IMG/VR virus record: IMGVR_UViG_3300000234_000006
Coordinates: 1-54,754 of that record
DNA from: a virus
Taxonomy: Duplodnaviria; Caudoviricetes
Strand: one strand, 5' to 3'
DNA length: 54,754 nt
The position numbers and the translations under genes were made by a program. Below, one piece after another: positions 19,660 to 29,441 of this stretch. Each line of letters starts with the position of its first letter. The first letter of the stretch is position 1. The notes under the pieces were generated by a model. The model saw nothing but the letters and a program-made list of their open reading frames with translations. It had not been told where the DNA came from and did no database searches.

Positions 19660-20559
19660 TTAAGGAACAACATTAAGGGTATAAGGTATATCAATAGGTC
19701 CGTTTGTTGAATTCGTAGACTGAATTCTTATGGTTTCAGGGAAAACACCAGTTATAAACGGGGCGTTGGCTGGGTTAACGGTAAATAATATGTTAACATT
19801 TCCGGAAGAAGGAACACCAGAACCGTTAGTCGGATTATAAACCAACCATGGGCTTATATCTTGAGTTTTAGAAACTTCAAAATTGAGGATAGAAGTTGCA
19901 GGACCAGAGTTCGTAACTGTGAGGGATACCGGAGTTGAAGTTCTTGAACTCAAATAAAAAGTCATGCTCAAAGTAGGAGAAGACACAGTTATTGTTGGTC
20001 TGGGGAGAACTGTTATGGTAAATACAACGGGTATTACATTTGATGGGGAATCGTTGTCTTGATAATTTATGACTCCCGTATAAGGAGAAGAAGTGTAGAC
20101 CATCAAAAATGGTTTTATGGATGTATCAAAAGAAACCTGTTGGTTCTTGTCAATACCATTTATGAATGAGGGAGTAGAAACCAACCAGGAAGAATTCGGA
20201 GTTGCGTTTATGTTCATATAAGAACCCAACGCGCCGACATTCGAAAAGATTAAACTAGCAACGTCCGTTATAGGATCGTTTTCGGTTACGGTTAAAGAAT
20301 AATTTAGGGAGCTTAGTATACTAATTTCAGGAGAAAGTTGAGTCATAAATTGATTTAAAGATTCGTGCATAGATATTAGAACATCACCAGGAATAGGAAT
20401 CATATTCCTGTAAAGAGGGCCGAAAGGAGTTTCTATATTTGAAATATAATATTTTTGACCCAAATTTGGAATGTTGTTATTAACTACGTCCCATTTCCAG
20501 TATCCGCCAGTGGAGCATACAGAAAATTTAAAACCGCCTCCTTGGATAATTGACATCAA
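19660..20559 (-). CDS. Ig-like/BACON-type beta-sandwich virion protein
   Basis: Two modules with ..TVTNSG..LNF..WL.Y.P..G.. patterns, Ser/Thr/Pro-rich. Confidence 0.55.
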   Translation of the reverse strand: MMSIIQGGGFKFSVCSTGGYWKWDVVNNNIPNLGQKYYISNIETPFGPLYRNMIPIPGDVLISMHESLNQFMTQLSPEISILSSLNYSLTVTENDPITDVASLIFSNVGALGSYMNINATPNSSWLVSTPSFINGIDKNQQVSFDTSIKPFLMVYTSSPYTGVINYQDNDSPSNVIPVVFTITVLPRPTITVSSPTLSMTFYLSSRTSTPVSLTVTNSGPATSILNFEVSKTQDISPWLVYNPTNGSGVPSSGNVNILFTVNPANAPFITGVFPETIRIQSTNSTNGPIDIPYTLNVVP

Positions 20560-20582
20560 TAAAATATGAAAATAGAAAGCTA

Positions 20583-22184
20583 TTATGGATAAATATATTT
20601 TATCTTTTCCTTACCAAAAACTTTTTCATAACCAAATTTTGAAGCATACTCGGATTCGGTCATCTTCATAGACATTGCATGATTATAAAGAGTCTTTTTG
20701 TGAACAGCAAACTTATCGACCGAAATATAATGATAATCGGGTCTTACTCTGGATACTTCTTTCCAATTTGTGGCTTTGTATATTGTACCTATATGACCAT
20801 ATGTTGTATCAGCAAAAGATATTAAACATTTTGGTTTAAACGATTTCATTACGATTTTGCAAATTCTGGAAAGGAACCAGGAAGCAAAATGCTTCTTTTG
20901 ATAATTTGGATGTATGCAAAATCTGTCGAGTTCGAGAATATCTTTATGAGAAAAACCTAAAGAAGTTGCAGATTCTTTTCTTACAGGAGGTGAAAATTTA
21001 GATATCGCAATGAGCTTACCATCGAGATAAGAGCCATAAACAACTTTCGCGGATCTACCATAACCAGCATAGTGGTAAGACCTCAAAAAACTTTCGGAAA
21101 CTGAATAATAACCAACTTTTATGGAGTTATCGATGACTTTTATTTCAATATCTTTGAATGAAAAATCAAAAATTTCAATATCTGTTTTTTCATTAGAAAT
21201 AAAATTTCTGATTTTATTTGTTATTATCTCAGGATTAAGATAGTCCCTCTCATAAAGATATAGAATTTTATAATCAGGAAAATATTCATCAGCATAAGTG
21301 AATTTAGAAGAATCTTTCCTTTTAGATTTTGGAAGTGAATGCCAATATTCACCCTGACATTCAATTAGAATTTTTTCATCAGAAAGAAACAAATCAAAAA
21401 GGTAAGGTCCAACAGGGAATTGTTTCTCATATTTAACATTCAAAACATCAAGTATATTTTGAGTTACTAATTCAATAATAGTGTCTTTAGTGACAGTTTT
21501 ACTTAAGGTAATAACGAATTTGGACCTGAATTCCGGGTCTTCCCAAAGTTTCTTCTGAGATTCTATGACTTTATTCCTGTATGATTCATCATTCCATTTT
21601 GAACTTATGGAAGAAGACATTTTTGACTTATAAAGTGAGGAGTTTACGGCAAGAAATAATTTTTCTTTGTAAGAATTATCTGTCCACTTGTTTTTTATTG
21701 CAAAAGAAAGATTTGCCCTGTACTCAGGACTGGCTATTCTTTCTTTGTAAGAATCCGTAGAAACGGATTTAAGCCCATATTCTTTGGATTTTTCAACGAA
21801 GTCAAGATCATTTATGAGATTTTTGCTTAAATCAGTGATGTTTTTTCTAAAATTTTCGTTTTCCCAAAGACTTTTGCTAATAGTTGATTGCTTTTCTTTT
21901 CTTGAAGAATCCCAAGACTTTTTGACCCCGGAGGATATATTGTCTCTAGCTTTTTGACTTTTAAGAGCAAATGATATTGAACAAGAAATACAGGAATAGA
22001 ATTTATTTCTACTAAAATTCCGAACTAAAGAAGATAATTTTATGGGAAAATCTTTCAAACATCGAATGCAAATGCAATTGAACTCATCATTTCTATTGAA
22101 TGAGTCCAAATCTTTCAGAGATTCAAAATCTTTTATTGTAGTAAAAGGTATTCCATATTTAATTAAATATTCAGAAAAAGTCAT
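20583..22184 (-). CDS. DUF559/Vsr-like endonuclease fused to Mom-like (GNAT) domain
   Basis: N-terminal CxxC pairs, helical W-x-D/N repeats, KQFPVGPYLFDLF..IECQGEYWH nuclease, then FLRSYHY..LELDRF..ASWFLSR..ISFAD..GHIGTIYKATNW. Confidence 0.7.
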   Translation of the reverse strand: MTFSEYLIKYGIPFTTIKDFESLKDLDSFNRNDEFNCICIRCLKDFPIKLSSLVRNFSRNKFYSCISCSISFALKSQKARDNISSGVKKSWDSSRKEKQSTISKSLWENENFRKNITDLSKNLINDLDFVEKSKEYGLKSVSTDSYKERIASPEYRANLSFAIKNKWTDNSYKEKLFLAVNSSLYKSKMSSSISSKWNDESYRNKVIESQKKLWEDPEFRSKFVITLSKTVTKDTIIELVTQNILDVLNVKYEKQFPVGPYLFDLFLSDEKILIECQGEYWHSLPKSKRKDSSKFTYADEYFPDYKILYLYERDYLNPEIITNKIRNFISNEKTDIEIFDFSFKDIEIKVIDNSIKVGYYSVSESFLRSYHYAGYGRSAKVVYGSYLDGKLIAISKFSPPVRKESATSLGFSHKDILELDRFCIHPNYQKKHFASWFLSRICKIVMKSFKPKCLISFADTTYGHIGTIYKATNWKEVSRVRPDYHYISVDKFAVHKKTLYNHAMSMKMTESEYASKFGYEKVFGKEKIKYIYP

Positions 22185-22186
22185 TA

Positions 22187-22966
22187 TTATTTTACAGTTA
22201 TGATTTGGAAGTCTCCTCTATTCTTGAATTGCGGAAGACTAACCTCGTGGAGAATGTTGAACCTCTTGTCACTTATTGAAGAAAATACCTTATGGTATTT
22301 TGAATATTTCGAATCGTCGATGACTTTATACATTTCGTCCATGGCTTCTTTGATATCTTCTTCATCACTATCCATATTTTTCAAAAGTTGAACTTTAAAA
22401 TATTTTTCTTTTGCCTCTTCAGCTATAAGATTGCTGATCTGCGAAAGAGATCTAAAAAACCTATGACGAACTCGACCTTGGGTAAGACCTAATTGTTTGG
22501 CGACTTCAGACTGGCATGTGGTCTCATACATGAGCCACATTATTTCCATGTCTTGCTTTGGGAAAACTTCGTATAAGTCGTCTTCAAACGATTCTTTATC
22601 TAAAACGGGGATAGTAGTGAGGAATTGTATTCTTCGGCGCCCTCTAGCTAATCTATAACTAACGGCTGCTTGAGTAATACCAAATAATTTTGCGATCTGC
22701 TCTTGTTTCATTTCATCTTTATAATAAAGACGAATAAGATCAGCTTCTCTATGTGGGATTCTGTCGAGATGAACTTCTATTGAGTCGAAGTTGGTCTTTT
22801 TAAAATCTATCTCTTCATCCTGATTCGAATGAAGAGCTTCATTTATCATTTTTTGGAGGTCGTCTATCTCTTCTTCATCAAGCTCGCCAGAATAGCCGAG
22901 TTTGTCGTTATCGCTGAATCTAGAAGAAATAGAGTTCGGATCAGAGACAAGTATGTGTGAAGACAT
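22187..22966 (-). CDS. Protein with two tandem sigma-70 region-4-like HTH domains
   Basis: IPHREADLIRLYY..MKQEQIAKLFGITQAAVSYRL and FPKQDMEIM..CQSEVAKQLGLTQGRVRHRF; GGAGG SD. Confidence 0.7.
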   Translation of the reverse strand: MSSHILVSDPNSISSRFSDNDKLGYSGELDEEEIDDLQKMINEALHSNQDEEIDFKKTNFDSIEVHLDRIPHREADLIRLYYKDEMKQEQIAKLFGITQAAVSYRLARGRRRIQFLTTIPVLDKESFEDDLYEVFPKQDMEIMWLMYETTCQSEVAKQLGLTQGRVRHRFFRSLSQISNLIAEEAKEKYFKVQLLKNMDSDEEDIKEAMDEMYKVIDDSKYSKYHKVFSSISDKRFNILHEVSLPQFKNRGDFQIITVK

Positions 22967-23033
22967 TTTTCCTCCAAATAAAATATGGTATGGAAATGTA
23001 TATGGGTATCAGTAAAAGTATAAAAGAACTTTA

Positions 23034-23990
23034 CTAGACATAAAACTCATCAGAACTACTAGAAAACGAATTTGAAGAATTTGGTGTGAAAGATGACATA
23101 TCTAGTGATAATCCGAGGTTTTTGAAAGTTTCATGGACATCGAATACTAAAAATTCTAAAGGAACTAGAGGAATATCTTTTATCGATTTAAGAAGCTTTT
23201 CGTTTAAAAATAAAAGGTCTTTATTTGTGATTATTAGGTCTTTTTCTTTTTCAGAAATTCCGGGAAAAGAAGACTCTATTAATGAACTCAGCTCTCTTTT
23301 GTAAGAGAGAGAAGCGGCCGTTCGTTTTTTGAAACGGTAAATACCTTTAATACCATCTGAAGGATCGCCAGTCATACATTTATATAAAACAACTTCATTT
23401 GGATAAACGCCATGACCTATTTCTTTTTCAAAATAAGAAAAAACAGCTTCAACATCATAAAAAACATTAGTATCGGGCCTATAAAGAACAGTTTTATTAT
23501 TAACAAGCTGGAAAAAATCTTTGTCTGAAGAACAGATAACGTTTATTTGTTCGTTATTCAAGTGCGTAAAAGAAGCAATTAAATCGTCAGCTTCTTCGTT
23601 TTTATCATAATAGACTTTAAAATTCAAATTGTAAAGAGCTGCCTTTATGAATTCTATTTGGTTTCCAAAATCAATGCCCTCAACTGAAAAAGGATTACCT
23701 ATTTCTAAAGGCTTCCGTTTTTCTCCGTTTATCTCTTTATAAGAAGGAAGTAAGTTTTTCCTTCTAGTAGGAAAACCATCAAAAAAACAATGTAAACTAG
23801 TAAAATCATGAATTTTATCTAAAATATTAGAGAGTATTTTAAAAAACCCTTTTATTAAGTTAATATTTACACCTTCGTGAAGTGTAACTTCACCTTCTTT
23901 TTCAAGAAAAGCATATTGTGCTCTTCTCAGTATGTTATTTCCATCAATTAATACATTACGAACAATTTCTTTCCCACCTACTCTGCGCAT
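23034..23990 (-). CDS. 5'-3' exonuclease / flap endonuclease (Pol I N-terminal / T4 RNase H-like)
   Basis: LIDGNN, FFDG, YK, EADDLIA, SSDKDFFQL, GDPSDGIKG motifs. Confidence 0.9.
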   Translation of the reverse strand: MRRVGGKEIVRNVLIDGNNILRRAQYAFLEKEGEVTLHEGVNINLIKGFFKILSNILDKIHDFTSLHCFFDGFPTRRKNLLPSYKEINGEKRKPLEIGNPFSVEGIDFGNQIEFIKAALYNLNFKVYYDKNEEADDLIASFTHLNNEQINVICSSDKDFFQLVNNKTVLYRPDTNVFYDVEAVFSYFEKEIGHGVYPNEVVLYKCMTGDPSDGIKGIYRFKKRTAASLSYKRELSSLIESSFPGISEKEKDLIITNKDLLFLNEKLLKSIKDIPLVPLEFLVFDVHETFKNLGLSLDMSSFTPNSSNSFSSSSDEFYV

Positions 23991-24004
23991 ATATATATAT
24001 TACA

Positions 24005-24538
24005 TCAAATTTCTGATACTTTCTTCAAATAAGAAGAAGGAAAATCTATAAGAAGCTTTTTGGAACTCATGTTTATAAAAATCTGGATAGTCTCGGAGTC
24101 GTCAGACACCAAAGAAACTTCACCTTCTAAACGCTTATAATCACCTTTCATGACCTTAACTCTGTCACCAACAGTAAATGGGGACTTTTTCATATTATCA
24201 AGACCATCTTTCATAGGATTTATATTTTTATCATCTATTAATGAATATGGTATAGATCCAGAAGGATTTTTTAAAACTAATTTGAAATAAGGAGCGGATT
24301 CCAAAGAAAAATAATTTATTCCTTCCTGATATCTTATGAAAATATATCCTTCCATAAAGCAAAAAGTCTGAGATTCATCTTGTCTCTTCAAGGAAACAGA
24401 AGGTATGAAAACCTCTACGTTGTTTTTTAACGTTTTAAAAATAAACCTTTTGATAAGGTCAAGGTTTTTTTCTTTCTCACCTGTATTCGATAACTGTACA
24501 GCGACCCACTTATTTGTTAAATCTTTCGGAGATTTCAT
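24005..24538 (-). CDS. nusG: NusG/RfaH-family transcription factor
   Basis: NGN domain (WVAV..GEKE..VFIP..EGYIFI) and KOW domain (FTVGDRVKVMKGDYKRLEGEV). Confidence 0.8.
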   Translation of the reverse strand: MKSPKDLTNKWVAVQLSNTGEKEKNLDLIKRFIFKTLKNNVEVFIPSVSLKRQDESQTFCFMEGYIFIRYQEGINYFSLESAPYFKLVLKNPSGSIPYSLIDDKNINPMKDGLDNMKKSPFTVGDRVKVMKGDYKRLEGEVSLVSDDSETIQIFINMSSKKLLIDFPSSYLKKVSEI

Positions 24539-26000
24539 TGGAAAGTTCCTTGTTTGTTATTGGAATATGAGATTTATCCAACTTTACTGTTGATAATTCA
24601 ACTTCAGGTTTACTGACTTTTACAATAGTTTTCTTGACTTTATGATCAAAAGAAGTAAGGGATTCACCAGGAGTGAAGTTTATACCATCAATTGATATCC
24701 CTCTAAAAAAGTCGGATTCTAAGAAATTCTCGCCCTCTATTAAAGAGGATGGGGGTTCTTCTTTCTTTGGCACTTTTATATTTGATTCTATGACCGAAAA
24801 ATCTGAATCATCACAAAAGTGATTTTTCTCTAAACGGTCAACCATCTCCCTAACTTCAGAAGTCAATTTTTCAAACTTCTCAAAATTACTGAGATCTGGG
24901 ACTGAATTAATAACAGGAGTCGGAATGGGATCTCGTAATTGAATAGGGGCAGGTGGCGTTTGAATCTGAACTGGAGGTACGAATATCGGTAAAGACTCAG
25001 TGCTGTTTATTATTACTGATATGATAGACGAAGGTTCAGGTTTATCGAGAAGAGCCAAATTGCTGGACAACTGAGCCCAAGATCGGCCTCTCTTACCATA
25101 AAAGCTGACTTTAGAAGGGTAAGAAGACTTCACTCCTATAGCTTCCTTTATTGAGTTAGATATTGCATTTACTATATTATCTCTGACCCAAAGAGAGCCA
25201 TTTGTTGACATAAGTTTTTCTAAAGTAGAAATGGAATATCTAATATCAGAGTCAAGTTTATCTAAAGATTCAGATATTTGGTCATAATCATCAAGTTTAA
25301 AATAAACGTCAAGATTTTGTTTATTCACACCACCAAGTTCATCCAAGTTGAACAATGATATGAGAGAAGTTCTCGGATTCCCGTGATTTAGCTTAATAAG
25401 AACGTCCAATAATTCATCATTAAATTCAATGTTTTCTTTTCTACAAACCTCTTTCAAATGCAACAAAGTGTCATCATGGGAAGGTATGCTTACCGAAAAT
25501 TCATCAACTCTATCACGTATGGCACTTCTTATGGAATGAGGCTCGGTGGTACAAAGTATCACCACCATCTTCCGTTCTTCCATAGGCTTCAAGAGTGCAT
25601 CTTGAGATTGTTTAGAAAGACGGTGTGCCTCGTCCAAAACTATAACTCTTGGTTTATTGTTTACAGTTCCATACTCCAAATCTTGAATAAGTTCACGCAT
25701 CTTCTCAACAGAACCCTGTGAAGAAGCATCAAATTCATCAAAATTTATTGAGTTACCATCTTTTATAGATATACAAGAGTCACATTTATCACAACTGATG
25801 CCGTCAACTGGATTGTCACATGATATTAACTTTGCACTTATACGAGCTAAAGTGGTCTTCCCACAACCTTTCGGTCCACCAAACATAAGGGAACGGCCCC
25901 CGAGGGAGCCATTCTTGGATTTCACCTTTAAAATTATCTTTATTGAATCGTTACCTATAATTTCATTAAGTTGAGAAGGTCTGTACTTCAAATCAAACAT
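24510..26000 (-). CDS. dnaX: DNA polymerase III gamma/tau clamp-loader subunit
   Basis: KYRP, Walker A GPKGCGKT, C..CxxCxxC Zn module, DASS, LDEAHRLS..QDALLK..EE, Pro-rich linker. Confidence 0.9.
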   Translation of the reverse strand: MFDLKYRPSQLNEIIGNDSIKIILKVKSKNGSLGGRSLMFGGPKGCGKTTLARISAKLISCDNPVDGISCDKCDSCISIKDGNSINFDEFDASSQGSVEKMRELIQDLEYGTVNNKPRVIVLDEAHRLSKQSQDALLKPMEERKMVVILCTTEPHSIRSAIRDRVDEFSVSIPSHDDTLLHLKEVCRKENIEFNDELLDVLIKLNHGNPRTSLISLFNLDELGGVNKQNLDVYFKLDDYDQISESLDKLDSDIRYSISTLEKLMSTNGSLWVRDNIVNAISNSIKEAIGVKSSYPSKVSFYGKRGRSWAQLSSNLALLDKPEPSSIISVIINSTESLPIFVPPVQIQTPPAPIQLRDPIPTPVINSVPDLSNFEKFEKLTSEVREMVDRLEKNHFCDDSDFSVIESNIKVPKKEEPPSSLIEGENFLESDFFRGISIDGINFTPGESLTSFDHKVKKTIVKVSKPEVELSTVKLDKSHIPITNKELSNEISERFNK

Positions 26001-26013
26001 AAAAATATTACAT

Positions 26014-26514
26014 TCATTTACATGCGTGAATCATTTCTTCAACGCTTTCATTCCAAGAACCGTGTCTAGTAACTATCTCCGGGAACTCTTGAACATTAGG
26101 AGGTCTTGTCCCGTAAGAAACGTTTCCAGTAACAGGATTCTCTTCAGCCACACATCTCATGAGAAGGTGGTCAAGAAGAGCTTTCCTTTTATTTGGAGGA
26201 TATTCATTCCAAACTTCCAAAGCGATTATCATGATAAAATCCGGCTCTTCACCAGAGTTCAAGAAAGAACCAGCATAACGCTCTAGAGGAGAAGCTTTTT
26301 TGACTGACCCCGGAACTTTTTGACCTGAAGATTTGGCAGCAGTATTCCTACAAAGAAATAGGAACTTTGCGTTTGCCAAATGAGGATGGTAATTCGGGAT
26401 CAAATCATTAAAAACAATTTCAGAAGCAGAGTCAAAGCCTCCATAAAGAAGAGGCATCTTTTCTTCTTTTTCTGGTTTACTGTTTTTTGGCTTTCTTACT
26501 TTTTCTTTTTCCAT
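26014..26514 (-). CDS. Phage putative metallopeptidase family protein with degenerate motif
   Basis: HPHL..DFIMII..W...ALLDHLLMRC..PPNVQEFPEIVTRHG.W; family pattern has HELxH..HDxEEF. Confidence 0.6.
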   Translation of the reverse strand: MEKEKVRKPKNSKPEKEEKMPLLYGGFDSASEIVFNDLIPNYHPHLANAKFLFLCRNTAAKSSGQKVPGSVKKASPLERYAGSFLNSGEEPDFIMIIALEVWNEYPPNKRKALLDHLLMRCVAEENPVTGNVSYGTRPPNVQEFPEIVTRHGSWNESVEEMIHACK

Positions 26515-27281
26515 ATGTACTCCTGAAATTCTCTCAAGAATTTTACACTACCAAATTCCTCGTAATATTCTCCAATATCTTTATGATAAACACGAGGATA
26601 TTTAATTTTTTCTACAAGTATTCTCTCATTTGACAATATTCCAGAAAGACTTTCAAATCCGGCATTACCAGCTTTATCCCTATCAAACGATATAACCATT
26701 TTATTCAGGAATCTACGCAGGAAAGAAAGCTGAGTTGGATTTGGCTCGTTAGTCATTAAGGATATAACTCTGTTATCGAGAAGATTGTCTATTACCAACT
26801 GGTCAAATGGACCTTCAACCAATATAGCGAATTTAGTATCCCAGATATCCTGAATGTTAGCCGCTATTCCGAAGAAAATGGCTTCAGGTTTATGACGAAA
26901 AGTAAAAGTATTATATACTTTCTCTTTCAAATTTCTACACTGGATGCCATATAATGTTCCAGAATAACTTGTTATAGGTAAAACTATAGAATTTAATATT
27001 CTGCCTGATACTTCGAATCCAAGGTCGTCATGACTTGATGACCATCTGTTGAATCTACAGGAGTCACATAATAATGACGAGTGTGTGCCTTTTTCAAAAC
27101 ACTTATCCGAGTGATATCTATCATCCCAATATGGGGCTTTGAATGGAGAAGAAACAAAACCAATCCTATGCTTCTTCCACTGATTTAAAGTAGAACCGCG
27201 TTTTAATAGATACTTTGTAGCAACATCTGAATCTAAAAGAGATTCATGACATTGATTAACAAAGTCATCAAGAAATTTCAT
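26496..27281 (-). CDS. dnaG: DnaG-type primase catalytic core (TOPRIM) lacking N-terminal zinc-binding domain
   Basis: YLLKRG, IGF, IVLPI..G, LVEGPFD, FDRDKAG, KDIGE. Confidence 0.75.
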   Translation of the reverse strand: MKFLDDFVNQCHESLLDSDVATKYLLKRGSTLNQWKKHRIGFVSSPFKAPYWDDRYHSDKCFEKGTHSSLLCDSCRFNRWSSSHDDLGFEVSGRILNSIVLPITSYSGTLYGIQCRNLKEKVYNTFTFRHKPEAIFFGIAANIQDIWDTKFAILVEGPFDQLVIDNLLDNRVISLMTNEPNPTQLSFLRRFLNKMVISFDRDKAGNAGFESLSGILSNERILVEKIKYPRVYHKDIGEYYEEFGSVKFLREFQEYIWKKKK

Positions 27282-27885
27282 CTACAAATGATACACCTAA
27301 TTCAACGTTGTGCATCAGTAAACTATAAGATCTGCCCATAAAACTTGTGAGAAGACCAACATAGTCTGGCTTCGAAAGAAAAACTGGTCTATCAACAGAA
27401 CAATGAACTATTTTGCAATTATCTGAATAAATGGGAAGAGATGACAAATTCTTCTCTTCTGAAGTATAACTAGGGATAGTGACGTTCTCAATTTTTGAAA
27501 CATCAAAACCATCTGGAACTAAACAATAAGCGGGATACCCTTTTACAGAAGAATATTTCTTGATATAGTCGTGGGCTTCACTGAAAGTTTTATGGATATT
27601 ACTAAAATTTTCGGATAAACTGAGTTCATAAGCGTGTTTGAAAAGAGGAGAAAGAATCTCGTCCAATCTATCAGAGTCATATTCAAAGATACCGGACCTT
27701 ATAAAATTACCGGGATGCAAACGGCGAATCGTAAGAAATTTATTTGGGGCTATAGAACTTACTATTGATGGGAGAAACTCATTATTTGCTGGAGACTCAA
27801 GCATGAATAATTTTTTGTTTTCGACTCTATGAAGATCGACATCAAATATCTTATGAGATATCATCCCAAAAGTCTCTCCTATCAA
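27268..27885 (-). CDS. Hypothetical protein
   Basis: 205-aa ORF in operon context. Confidence 0.5.
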   Translation of the reverse strand: MIGETFGMISHKIFDVDLHRVENKKLFMLESPANNEFLPSIVSSIAPNKFLTIRRLHPGNFIRSGIFEYDSDRLDEILSPLFKHAYELSLSENFSNIHKTFSEAHDYIKKYSSVKGYPAYCLVPDGFDVSKIENVTIPSYTSEEKNLSSLPIYSDNCKIVHCSVDRPVFLSKPDYVGLLTSFMGRSYSLLMHNVELGVSFVDEIS

Positions 27886-28447
27886 TGATGTGTTTTCTGG
27901 AAAAATTAAACATGAATTTGATTTTTTCTATAAATTTTATTCTCAGGTATGAAAACAAAAATATTAGGTTGTGAATAAAACCAAACTTAGAATGAAGTCT
28001 AACATCCAAAACCCACTGCAAAATTGCTATTTCTTTCATATGTTTCGCAACAAATAAGTCATCTTTTAAAAGTTCTTCAAAATCATTTTTAACAGTGTTA
28101 ATATCATGCTTGTTTTTAAAATAAGGACAAGACTTTGGAGTATCACCTAAACAAAGGTCACCTTTCCATTTATTTGGATTTTCAGAATTATACATACATA
28201 ATGGAATTGGGTCTTGTTTATCGGGAATGACTAACAAGGTGACAGTATGGGAGGGATACATCTCCTCTTTATTTTTGTGAGACGGCTTTTGAGGTATTGG
28301 ACTTGGAGTATGCCAGTACGAATGATCACAGTTATCAAATTTCCTAGAAATTCTTTCTTCGATATACTGGTTCAGATAAATATTTTTTACCTTAACAAGT
28401 CTTTTAAGAATGGAACCTTTTGATTTCATTTCACACCATTCTTTCAA
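27851..28447 (-). CDS. Hypothetical Cys-containing protein
   Basis: 198 aa with NCDH..LCMY..LC..SCPYF. Confidence 0.5.
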   Translation of the reverse strand: MKEWCEMKSKGSILKRLVKVKNIYLNQYIEERISRKFDNCDHSYWHTPSPIPQKPSHKNKEEMYPSHTVTLLVIPDKQDPIPLCMYNSENPNKWKGDLCLGDTPKSCPYFKNKHDINTVKNDFEELLKDDLFVAKHMKEIAILQWVLDVRLHSKFGFIHNLIFLFSYLRIKFIEKIKFMFNFSRKHIIDRRDFWDDIS

Positions 28448-28806
28448 GATATATCTGTGAGTATTTCTTTTGCGATCTCGCGTATCGTGTTAGAATACTC
28501 ACCTGCTAAGACGTTACGAAGTGTTTGTTTAATTAATTCATCTTCGGAACTTACTGAGTGTTTCTCTAATACATTTAAAGCAGCTTCTTGAATTACGGGA
28601 TTTTCTTCATGTGAAAGAAACGATATTGCAACTTGTATTGCTAAAGGACTGTTACCACAAATCGTCATAGCCTCAAGGGAACGAGCGAAATCACCGATAC
28701 TGCTAATACTTCGCTCGTTATGAAGACGATCACGCAATTTTTCAGGATTTTCTATCGCTAAAACCCGAGAAATTTCCTCAGTGAGGGTTTGAGGGTGATT
28801 AATCAC
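28444..28806 (-). CDS. HEAT-repeat-like hypothetical protein
   Basis: LSHEENPVIQEAALNVL and EYSNTIREIAKEIL resemble HEAT repeats. Confidence 0.45.
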   Translation of the reverse strand: MINHPQTLTEEISRVLAIENPEKLRDRLHNERSISSIGDFARSLEAMTICGNSPLAIQVAISFLSHEENPVIQEAALNVLEKHSVSSEDELIKQTLRNVLAGEYSNTIREIAKEILTDIS

Positions 28807-29441
28807 GTATTAACTCTACGAAGTTTTAGACTTTTTTCTTTATATCCTTCGTAAGAGGTGTGTGCATTTGATATAAATTCTTCATTATGTGTAACCATCA
28901 GTATATTAATACCTGTTTGTTCAGAAAGTTGTCTCATAAAAGACCCCATTCCGGGAACGTAAAAATTGGAAACGGATGACATAGATTCATCTAAAAGAAG
29001 AAGTTTATTCATACCAAGTTTGTTCATGATAGTTATTCTTAAAACAAATGATATTATGGCGGCTGCAGTACCACCAAAAGAATAAAGTGGGTCGCCCTCC
29101 ACAGTATCTTTACCAAGTGGTTCTTCTAAGACAAAAGACATATGTATTTTGTTGAATTTCTGTTCGTGTTCAATCTTGAAAGTTAAATCTTGGTCATGCA
29201 TGACATGTTTTAAACCAAGAGTTATGAGATTTGACACGGGCTTAGTTCCGTCTTCCAAAGCCAAATCAAGCCAAGTTTTAAAAACTTCTGAACTCTTTTG
29301 ATATAGGTCAACTTTATATTTTAGGGATTGTTCTTCAGAAGTAAGCCTAGTAATCTGCTGGTTCAGTATCTTTTTATAAGAGTTTACGGAGTTTTGTTTT
29401 TCTTTAAGAGCCGAGAAACGCGAAAAAAGCTCTTGGTTCAT
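28803..29441 (-). CDS. sbcC: SbcC/Rad50-like ATPase, C-terminal half only
   Basis: Coiled coil, signature-like SFGG, Walker B LLLLDE, H-loop VTHN; no Walker A. Confidence 0.7.
   Translation of the reverse strand: MNQELFSRFSALKEKQNSVNSYKKILNQQITRLTSEEQSLKYKVDLYQKSSEVFKTWLDLALEDGTKPVSNLITLGLKHVMHDQDLTFKIEHEQKFNKIHMSFVLEEPLGKDTVEGDPLYSFGGTAAAIISFVLRITIMNKLGMNKLLLLDESMSSVSNFYVPGMGSFMRQLSEQTGINILMVTHNEEFISNAHTSYEGYKEKSLKLRRVNT

Noticed and set aside
23989-24000. (AT)n microsatellite before the 5'-3' exonuclease
   Set aside because: Short and unremarkable in AT-rich DNA, though it sets the spacing between the TGTANNNT motif and the ATG.
24510-26000. Programmed frameshift producing gamma and tau from dnaX
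   Set aside because: No A AAA AAG slippery site or long A-run seen in the gene.
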